The notes under the pieces: model-generated | What the model was told of the DNA's origin: nothing | Seen by the model: only the letters and a program-made list of their open reading frames with translations | Database searches by the model: none | Made by a program: the position numbers and the translations under genes | Shown here: piece after piece, positions 7,870 through 14,206 of the stretch | Position numbering within the stretch: the first letter of the stretch is position 1 | Layout: the number at the start of each line of letters is the position of its first letter | Source: Myxococcota bacterium | Lineage (GTDB): Bacteria > Myxococcota_A > SURF-8 > G963663525 | Assembly (NCBI GenBank): GCA_963676915.2 | Contig: CAXXVK010000040.1 | Location: 1-14,206 of the forward strand | Direction: 5' to 3' | DNA: 14,206 nt

Positions 7870-8070
7870 GGGTGCATCACAAAATAGTGCGACTTTCGTA
7901 AAATCCTCTTTTTTCGTAGCGGCGAGGCGTAAGCCCGCCGTTTTTGTCTTTTGAAAGTTGCTTTTATGCCCCAATCTCCCTTTTCGGCGGGCTTACGCCT
8001 CGCCGCTACAACCAAATGAATGAATACTTCAATATTATGGGGCCAATTCGCACCATTTTATGATGCCCCC
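7870..8070. mobile_element. MITE-like non-autonomous element, 201 bp
   Basis: Left end GGGTGCATCACAAAATAGTGCGA (7870-7892) and right end TCGCACCATTTTATGATGCCCCC (8048-8070) are inverted repeats at 20/23. Immediately flanked by ATTCCTTCC (7861-7869) and ATTCCTGCC (8071-8079), an 8/9 direct repeat. No credible ORF. Confidence 0.75.
7916..8009. repeat. REPIN-like doublet: two inverted 25-bp GTAG-type REP copies with a 44-bp spacer
   Basis: GTAGCGGCGAGGCGTAAGCCCGCCG (7916-7940) and its exact reverse complement (7985-8009); each is GTAG + hairpin CGGCG(A)GGC-GTAA-GCC-CGCCG. Confidence 0.85.
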
Positions 8071-8083
8071 ATTCCTGCCCATG

Positions 8084-8779
8084 TTATTGGAACAATGTAG
8101 GAATTTGTTGCAAAAATTTATAAATAAGGGGAAGGAATATTGCCGGAAGCATATTTCCAACCTTCAATTTTTTGCCATCCAGCAAACCAATTCCAATGGC
8201 TACAATCAGCAGTCCGCCTACTGCTGACATTTGAGAAACGATGTCTTGGGTAAGTAAAGGTTTTAGTGATGAGGCTGTGACTGTAATCAGTCCTTGGAAA
8301 ACCAAAACCGAAAGTGCCGAAAAAAGAACACCCATTCCCAAGGTAGACGCCAAAATGACGGACGAAATTCCATCGAGAACGGATTTTGCGAACAGAGTTT
8401 GATGGTTTCCGGTCAATCCGCTTTCCATCGCACCAATGATAGACATAGCTCCTGCGCAGTAAAGCAGGCTGGCGCTTACAAATCCTTGTGCGATTCCCTT
8501 GTTACCCTTGGAATATTTACTTCCGATCCAAAGCCCGATGTGATTTAGCTTTTCTTCGATTCGAAGCCATTCTCCCAGAAGACTTCCCAGAGCGAGACTG
8601 ATGACAACAACCAGAAGCGCATCGGTTTGCAACGCCGATTTTATCCCGATCAACAGCACGGCAAGCCCTATGGCGTGGGTGACCGTTTTGCTGTAATTTT
8701 CTGGGATACTACCCTTGAATTGCAAACCGATCAGACCACCGATGATGATGCAAAAAACATTTAACACGGTTCCGATCAC
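8084..8779 (-). CDS. DUF554-family (YdfK/YqgA-like) membrane protein
   Basis: MIGTVLNVFCIIIGGLIG, ISLALGSLLGEWLRIE, GFVSASLLYCAGAMSIIG, LFAKSVLDG, GGLLIVAIG, KVGNMLPA. GTG at 8779 with GGGG upstream is preferred over 8830. Confidence 0.88.
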   Translation of the reverse strand: MIGTVLNVFCIIIGGLIGLQFKGSIPENYSKTVTHAIGLAVLLIGIKSALQTDALLVVVISLALGSLLGEWLRIEEKLNHIGLWIGSKYSKGNKGIAQGFVSASLLYCAGAMSIIGAMESGLTGNHQTLFAKSVLDGISSVILASTLGMGVLFSALSVLVFQGLITVTASSLKPLLTQDIVSQMSAVGGLLIVAIGIGLLDGKKLKVGNMLPAIFLPLIYKFLQQIPTLFQ

Positions 8780-8800
8780 GTTGTTACCCCGACGTGAAAC

Positions 8801-8828
8801 GTAGGATTCAGGACAGGTGCCCTGAACC
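8801..8828 (+). repeat. Degenerate GTAG-type REP-like hairpin
   Basis: GTAGGATTCAGG-acaggtgc-CCTGAACC; 6-bp perfect stem TTCAGG/CCTGAA, extendable across one bulge. Confidence 0.3.
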
Positions 8829-8868
8829 AACGGCTTGAAGAATCACCCGACCTTGTGGTCTTTGGGGA

Positions 8869-9729
8869 TCAACCCTTCTTTTTGGTACTTTTCGGAGTTT
8901 CTTTCGTTTCCCCCACGCTTTCATCGACCAGTTTCCGTAGTTCCTTCGCACGTTTGTAGGCGCTTTGCAGGGCGTCCACGAAAATTTCGGGCGTATTGTG
9001 TTTTTGGAACGTTTTCAGGGCCGCCTCGGTGGTGCCGCCACGGCTGGTGACGTTCTGCCGCAAGGCGCTGGCTTTTTCGCCGCTGGTAGACCATAGATTC
9101 ATGGCTCCAAGGATTGTCTGTTCCACCAGCCTGTGAGACTGTGCCTCGGTAAAGCCCAGTTCCACACCGGATTTGACGAGGTTTTCCGCTACGTAAAACA
9201 GGTACGCCGGTCCCGAGCCGGAGACGGCCGTGGCGGCGTCTACCATGTTTTCTTCATCCAACTGAAGTTCTCTTCCGAACGCCTGGAAGATCATCTTCGC
9301 CACCATAGCGAAGTGATCGGAAACACTGCCGGAAGCGGTCCAGACCGTCATGCCCTGGCCGATTCTCGCCGGGATGTTCGGCATCGAACGCACGATGCAT
9401 TCGTGGCCTGTCAAGCGGGCTAGTGTGTCGCTGGAAACACCGGCCATGATGGAAATCAACAGTTGATCCGGTCGAAATCGGCCTTTGAGCGGTCGCAGAA
9501 CCGGTTCGGCGTTTTGGGGCTTGACGCAAATTACCACCACGTCGGAGTGGTCGAGCAACTCTTCGTTTTCCATGGTGGTTTGAACGCCGAAACGTTTTTC
9601 GAGGCCGTCCAGGCGTCCACGTCCGATATCGGAAAGCATGATGTCTTCGGGGGCGAATACTTCCTTGAGAGTCAGGGCGTCGGTAATGACTTCACCCATC
9701 ACGCCTGCACCGATGATTCCGATTTTCAT
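8869..9729 (-). CDS. proC: Pyrroline-5-carboxylate reductase
   Basis: MKIGIIGAGVMG Rossmann motif, CVKPQ, ISIMAGV, RSMPN, ATAVSGSGPAY, VTSRGGTT. ATG 9729 overlaps the upstream stop (ATGA); the ORF-track extension to 10095 overlaps the GNAT gene. Confidence 0.95.
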   Translation of the reverse strand: MKIGIIGAGVMGEVITDALTLKEVFAPEDIMLSDIGRGRLDGLEKRFGVQTTMENEELLDHSDVVVICVKPQNAEPVLRPLKGRFRPDQLLISIMAGVSSDTLARLTGHECIVRSMPNIPARIGQGMTVWTASGSVSDHFAMVAKMIFQAFGRELQLDEENMVDAATAVSGSGPAYLFYVAENLVKSGVELGFTEAQSHRLVEQTILGAMNLWSTSGEKASALRQNVTSRGGTTEAALKTFQKHNTPEIFVDALQSAYKRAKELRKLVDESVGETKETPKSTKKKG

Positions 9730-10349
9730 GATTTTGATCCTTTTTTCGTGACGTTGCGTCGTTTGTCGCTTGGTTTTGTTTTCGAACCGGTAGCATCCGC
9801 CTGCTTTCGTAAAGCCGCTTTCGCCTTTTCTGCGTCCGGTTTGGTTGGTTTGAGCCGAAACAGCACCTGTCGAGCGTGAGTGAAAAAACCCATGTTTCGT
9901 AACAGGTTCATGGCGCGGGCGTTGTCGGCGTAAACCCGCGTTTCGATATAGTCCGTTCGTCCTTCTTTTTGAAGAATCCCTTTTAAGCGTGCCAGAAGTT
10001 TGGTGGCAATGCCTTTGCGTCGATGTTCCGATTCCACGTAAATGCCTTCGATCACGACGGTTTCGATGTCGAAAACGTTGGTTTCTGGCTTCCATGCCAG
10101 GACGGCGGCGGGCTGGTCGCCGTATCGAGCGATAAGCAGCGTATCTTTACGGAGTTTTGCGAGGGTTTCCAATAGGTTGTCCGCCCAGGATTTCGCCCGT
10201 TTGTCGGACATCGGACGATTCGTGGTTGGGTGAATATCGCCTTGCTCGCGATGCAGTCGCGCCAGCATATCCACCACGGCGAGGCGTTCTTCGTCGCGCA
10301 TTCTTCCGATGGAAAGCCGTGTTGTCGGGATTCGTTCCTTTTCACTCAT
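9726..10349 (-). CDS. GNAT-family N-acetyltransferase
   Basis: IEGIYVESEHRRKGIATKLL (acetyl-CoA motif A) and NARAMNLLRNMGF (motif B). ATG 10349 overlaps the end of the upstream GNAT gene. Confidence 0.85.
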   Translation of the reverse strand: MSEKERIPTTRLSIGRMRDEERLAVVDMLARLHREQGDIHPTTNRPMSDKRAKSWADNLLETLAKLRKDTLLIARYGDQPAAVLAWKPETNVFDIETVVIEGIYVESEHRRKGIATKLLARLKGILQKEGRTDYIETRVYADNARAMNLLRNMGFFTHARQVLFRLKPTKPDAEKAKAALRKQADATGSKTKPSDKRRNVTKKGSKS

Positions 10350-10845
10350 CGTCGTTCTCACCGAGATCGTAAACCATCGAAACCTGTTCCGGTTTGAAAC
10401 CGAAGTTGCGATACAGGGATTCCGCCTCGTGATTTTTGTGGTAAACCGCAAGAACGGCCTGTTCGTAGCCAAGTTTTTCCAATCGTCGCACCGATTCTTT
10501 TAGCAGCTTTTTTCCTATGCCTTGTCGTCTGTGGTCGGCGCGAACGCCGATGGCATAAATGAATCCGGTATTTGGATCGCCGTTGAGTTTCCTCGGTCCC
10601 AACACGCTGATGCCGACGGGGTCTTCATCCAGAAATGCCAGTAAAATTTTTACCAGACCGCGACGGTTGAGAGGACTGAAGAAGTTTTCCCATTCATCGC
10701 GCCAGTCTTCCTCGACTCGTTCGACGGTTCTGGGTGGCGTAAATGAGTAGGGCAGGTTTTCCCGTGCGATGTCCAGCGTCATTTCAAGCGCGAGCGGCAA
10801 CTCGATCTGTCTGGACCAACGAAAGCTAAGTACGGAATCATTCAT
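10342..10845 (-). CDS. GNAT-family N-acetyltransferase
   Basis: IYAIGVRADHRRQGIGKKLL and NHEAESLYRNFGF. Start uncertain: ATG 10845 or TTG 10869. Confidence 0.87.
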   Translation of the reverse strand: MNDSVLSFRWSRQIELPLALEMTLDIARENLPYSFTPPRTVERVEEDWRDEWENFFSPLNRRGLVKILLAFLDEDPVGISVLGPRKLNGDPNTGFIYAIGVRADHRRQGIGKKLLKESVRRLEKLGYEQAVLAVYHKNHEAESLYRNFGFKPEQVSMVYDLGENDDE

Positions 10846-10879
10846 CGTTTTTTTTGAACATGTCCTCAATTGAAAAAGA

Positions 10880-11275
10880 TTATCCCGCCATGGTTTTGAC
10901 AGTTACCCGGCGGCGGCGTGGACCGTCGAATTCACAAAAATAGATCCCCTGCCAGGTTCCCAACACAAGGCGGGATTGCTCGACGATCACCGTTACCGAA
11001 CAGCCGATCATGCTTGATTTGACGTGAGCATCGGAATTGCCTTCGGCGTGGCGGAAATCGCTGTCTTCGGGGACCAGACGATGGAAAAATCGTACCAGAT
11101 CGCGGCGAACGTCCGGGTCGGCGCTTTCGTTGATGGTCACGGCGGAGGTCGTGTGTGGGCTGTAAACCACGGCAATTCCATCGGTTATGCCGCTATCCCG
11201 CACGGCCTGCGCCACTTCCGCAGTAATGTCGATCATCGTTTCCCGTGAACCGGTAGACAATTCGATGGTTTTCAT
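10880..11275 (-). CDS. yjbQ: YjbQ/UPF0047 family protein (secondary thiamine-phosphate synthase-like)
   Basis: DITAEV, PHTTSAVTINESADPDV, HAEGNSDAHVKSS, LGTWQGIYFCEFDGPRRR. Start overlaps the rnc stop. Confidence 0.93.
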   Translation of the reverse strand: MKTIELSTGSRETMIDITAEVAQAVRDSGITDGIAVVYSPHTTSAVTINESADPDVRRDLVRFFHRLVPEDSDFRHAEGNSDAHVKSSMIGCSVTVIVEQSRLVLGTWQGIYFCEFDGPRRRRVTVKTMAG

Positions 11276-12111
11276 TTGGTATTGCCTTTACGCTTTTTCA
11301 ACGAGGTAATGGCCTGACTGGCGGCGTTTTGCTCGGCTGATTTGATGTTTGGTCCCACCCCGTGTCCCATGGGCTCGCCGTCGATCAGACATTCGGTTTC
11401 GAATTCCTTGTTGTGATCGGGACCGCGAGTGCCAACGAGCTGATACACGGGAAGTCCATGGCCGGTCCGGGCGCATTTTTCCTGGAGTCTCGATTTGTGA
11501 TCCGACGATCCGATATTCTCCGAGGCTACGTCCAGACGCTCGAAAAGCAGCCGTTCGATACAGCCTTGGGCGACCTCGAATCCGCCGTCAATGTATACGG
11601 CACCGATGACGGCTTCGAATGCGTCCGCCAGCAGCGAAGGTTTTTCGGCTCCACCGGATTTGCTTTCTCCGATACCCAGTAGCAGGTATTTTCCGATTTC
11701 CAACTCTTTCGCCACTTCCGCAAGGGCTTCGGTGCTGACGACCATGGCGCGTAATTTCGTCATTTCACCGGCTTTGAACTGCTGTTCCATGGAGAAAATC
11801 CGCTCTCCAACCACTAGATCCAGCACGGCGTCGCCCAAATATTCCAACCGGTCGTTGTCTTTGAAATGGAATTGGTTGCGGTTTTCGTTGGCATAGCTGC
11901 GGTGAGTCATCGCTTCCAGGAAAATGTGAGGAACCCGAAATCTATATCCCAATCGTTCTTGTAGCGGCTCGATTTCTTGCCAGAGCGGATCGAGCAAGGG
12001 AGATGCAAACGAGAAATCCTGCTGGCTTTCCGTCGTCGATTTCGCTGGAGAATTTTCTCCTGCTGCCGAGAGATCCTTTGTGATTTTTACGATTTTATCG
12101 ATCCATCCCAC
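11272..12111 (-). CDS. rnc: Ribonuclease III
   Basis: AMTHRSY, NDRLEYLGDAVL signature, LADAFEAVIGAVYIDGG and a C-terminal dsRBD (DHKSRLQE...GPDHNKEF...KSAEQNAA). GTG 12111 follows AAGGA; exact start uncertain. Confidence 0.95.
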   Translation of the reverse strand: MGWIDKIVKITKDLSAAGENSPAKSTTESQQDFSFASPLLDPLWQEIEPLQERLGYRFRVPHIFLEAMTHRSYANENRNQFHFKDNDRLEYLGDAVLDLVVGERIFSMEQQFKAGEMTKLRAMVVSTEALAEVAKELEIGKYLLLGIGESKSGGAEKPSLLADAFEAVIGAVYIDGGFEVAQGCIERLLFERLDVASENIGSSDHKSRLQEKCARTGHGLPVYQLVGTRGPDHNKEFETECLIDGEPMGHGVGPNIKSAEQNAASQAITSLKKRKGNTK

Positions 12112-12225
12112 GTTACGTTTATCCTTTACTGGAGCGGCTTGGAAAACGCCGCCGTTTTTCAAAAGAAACAGGTTGGTGAGCTTGGAGAGAAAAGGGATTT
12201 GAAACCGCAGCCCACGAACACCTCG

Positions 12226-13545
12226 TTAGTCTTCGACGCGTCCCTTCAATACGGATCGTTCCGCGTCGAACCCTGTAATCCTAACGTTACATAAGCGTTT
12301 TGTCCATGCCGGGGACGGTGTGTTCTCCAGACGTACGGGCAGGTAATCTCTCGTGAAGCCGTGAGCACTGCCGGAACGACTGCCTTCGATCAATACTTCC
12401 TCGACGGCTTGTTCCTCGGCTCGCTGGTTCAGGCGGTCCCGTTTTTTTCGTTTTCCCAGTGCGAGAGCTTGTTTCACCCGATGCTTGATGATGTCCGGCG
12501 AGACTTTGGGAGTCATGCTATAGGCCGGAGTTTCCGGGCGTGCTGAAAACGAGAATGCATGAAGATATCCGATCGGAAATTCGTCAATGAAATCCAGTGT
12601 TTGTTGAGCATCTTCTTCGGTTTCACCGGGGAAACCGAAAATTACGTCCAACCCCATGGTCAGCTTCGGCAGGTTGGAAAACAAATCTTCGATGCGTTCA
12701 CGCAGCCAGTCGGGAGAATACCTGCGGCGCATGGATTTCAATATTGCCGGACTCGCCGATTGGATCGGGACGTGAAGATGCGGACAAAAAGCTGTCGATT
12801 CGGCAAAAAACGAACAAAAATCCTCTTTCAACTGAATCGGTTCGATGGAACTGATGCGCACTCTACGGCACGAAGAATCCTTTTCGATGGCTTCGAGCAG
12901 GTCGAGGTCGGTGACGTGGCCGGGGAGGTCAACCCCGTAATAGCTGAGGTTGATTCCCGTCAGGACCACTTCTTCGAAACCGGCGGCGTGCAATACGTTG
13001 ATTTTGCGCACGACATCTTCGGGCGGCACCGATTCCAGCTTTCCTCTGGCTTTGGGTATCGTGCAATAAGTGCAAGGTGCCCGGCAGCCGTCCTGCACTT
13101 TGACGAATGGCCTGCTGTGTCCGGAAAACGATGTGATATCATGGTGTTGATATTTGGGGACATCGTCGTTGGAAAGTCCGGCCAGCTCATACAGTTTTTT
13201 GACCGTCGCGTCGGCATGCGTGTCCGGTTCCTGGTGCAGAGCGGGTAGTTTTTCACTCAAACTTTCGGGACGAAGGCGAACGAGGCAACCTCCCGCGATC
13301 AATAACGCTTCGGGATTGTTTCGAGAGGCACGGTACAATTCCTGGCGAGACTGGCGTTCCGCTACCTGCGTTACGGCGCAGGTATAGACCAACGTTACGT
13401 CGCAGGGGGCACCGAACGGGACGAGTTCAAAATGGGAGGACGGCAGCCGGTCCAGAATCGAAACGGCATCCGCCCGGTTGGTTTTGCAACCCAGCGATTG
13501 AAAGGAAATCCGTAGTCGGGGCGGTTTGTTTTCGCGTTCGGTCAT
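12226..13545 (-). CDS. mtaB: tRNA t6A37 methylthiotransferase (radical SAM)
   Basis: UPF0004 cysteines LGCKTN, YTCAVT and GGC; radical-SAM motif KVQDGCRAPCTYCTIPKARG; EVVLTGINL, RISSIEP, CPHLHVPIQS, HAFSFSARPET fit MtaB better than MiaB or RimO. Confidence 0.9.
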   Translation of the reverse strand: MTERENKPPRLRISFQSLGCKTNRADAVSILDRLPSSHFELVPFGAPCDVTLVYTCAVTQVAERQSRQELYRASRNNPEALLIAGGCLVRLRPESLSEKLPALHQEPDTHADATVKKLYELAGLSNDDVPKYQHHDITSFSGHSRPFVKVQDGCRAPCTYCTIPKARGKLESVPPEDVVRKINVLHAAGFEEVVLTGINLSYYGVDLPGHVTDLDLLEAIEKDSSCRRVRISSIEPIQLKEDFCSFFAESTAFCPHLHVPIQSASPAILKSMRRRYSPDWLRERIEDLFSNLPKLTMGLDVIFGFPGETEEDAQQTLDFIDEFPIGYLHAFSFSARPETPAYSMTPKVSPDIIKHRVKQALALGKRKKRDRLNQRAEEQAVEEVLIEGSRSGSAHGFTRDYLPVRLENTPSPAWTKRLCNVRITGFDAERSVLKGRVED

Positions 13546-13603
13546 CGGTCATCCATAAAAGCAGGAGAAAGAACGATGTTCTTTCGAACCATTTACCTCG
13601 GGT

Positions 13604-13631
13604 ATCCTACCGATTCCAACGCGCTTGACAA
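13604..13631 (-). promoter_or_regulatory. Putative sigma70 promoter for the mtaB-rnc operon
   Basis: Minus strand TTGTCA (13631-13626), 16-bp spacer, TAGGAT (13609-13604). Confidence 0.4.
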
Positions 13632-13996
13632 GGAGAAAGCTGAGTTTGACGCCGACGTGAAGCGAATTGATTCAAGAATCGCTTCAAATATTGCTTTTGG
13701 ACCACCATTTCATTTATATAGGTATCCGGTAATGAATTTCATGACGTTTTCACTCTTTACGGAACTCCGTGGTTTCGAATCTTTCGAGCCTTCGGCGGAG
13801 TTTTCTTGTTGGACTACCGGCTTGTTTTTCAAGAATTAGACGGTTTTTCAGGGAGTGGGGTCAGGAAAATGCAGGTCATAAAGAAGATGAGTTGAGCAAA
13901 TCGGCCGGATCTGGTACAACACAACGCCAATTCAAGGAAAGTGGAGCGTTGGGATGACCTTTGGGCGTACCGACCGATTGATCTCGACGAAAGCAA

Positions 13997-14206
13997 ATGG
14001 ATATCGCGATGAAGGGGAATCAGGATATTGCCGGGAGTATCGAGCGTTTCGAACGAGCGCTTGCGAACGATCCCGAAAACTTCGGTTTTCTCAAAGCCTT
14101 GACCGAGTTGTATATCGACTCCGATGACTATGCCAAAGCGAAGTCGTATTTGGAACGATCTCTGTTGAAGGCTGGCAAAGAGCAAATCGACGAAGTGTCC
14201 GTTATG
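13997..14206 (+). CDS. Tetratricopeptide-repeat protein, 3' end outside the window (absent from the ORF track)
   Basis: Hand translation MDIAMKGNQDIAGSIERFERALANDPENFGFLKALTELYIDSDDYAKAKSYLERSL... shows the TPR pattern; open to the window end. Alternative ATG at 14009. Confidence 0.75.
   Translation, partial: MDIAMKGNQDIAGSIERFERALANDPENFGFLKALTELYIDSDDYAKAKSYLERSLLKAGKEQIDEVSVM

Noticed and set aside
7794-8015. Small ORFs crossing the REP doublet, each containing VAARRKPA
   Set aside because: The peptide is simply the translation of the 25-bp repeat.
9730-10095. Apparent 121-aa N-terminal extension of ProC
   Set aside because: It overlaps the GNAT gene in another frame; ATG 9729 has an AAGGA RBS and an ATGA overlap.
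10846-10869. A8 tract after an out-of-frame ATG (10861) ahead of the first GNAT, suggesting phase variation
   Set aside because: An in-frame ATG at 10845 lies downstream of the tract, and the GAGG is too close to ATG 10861 to act as its RBS.
12112-12225. Possible RNase III autoregulatory stem in the rnc leader
   Set aside because: Only 5-7-bp stems found, too short for a convincing RNase III substrate.
12559-13248. 229-aa plus-strand ORF opposite mtaB
   Set aside because: Antisense shadow of a well-supported gene.
13576-13839. 87-aa ORF with an AGGAG upstream, divergent from mtaB
   Set aside because: No recognisable motif and it overlaps the predicted mtaB promoter. Not excluded, but unsupported.

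Overview
Bacterial chromosomal window of mostly housekeeping genes; the protein families are reminiscent of Myxococcota/deltaproteobacteria (inference only). Plus strand: a 5'-truncated PAS sensor histidine kinase, a secreted CsgG/TolB-N-like + 8-stranded beta-barrel protein, lepB, a di-heme c lipoprotein with a 50% acidic linker, uppS-cdsA, and the start of a TPR protein. Minus strand: cysC and a tightly packed mtaB-rnc-yjbQ-GNAT-GNAT-proC-DUF554 run. The most unusual element is non-coding: a 201-bp MITE-like unit (7870-8070) with 23-bp terminal inverted repeats and a 9-bp target-site duplication, carrying a perfect inverted pair of GTAG-type REP hairpins. Three more GTAG-hairpins of different sequence lie in nearby intergenic gaps. 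No transposase, CRISPR array, tRNA or rRNA was seen. All calls come from reading by eye, without database searches.
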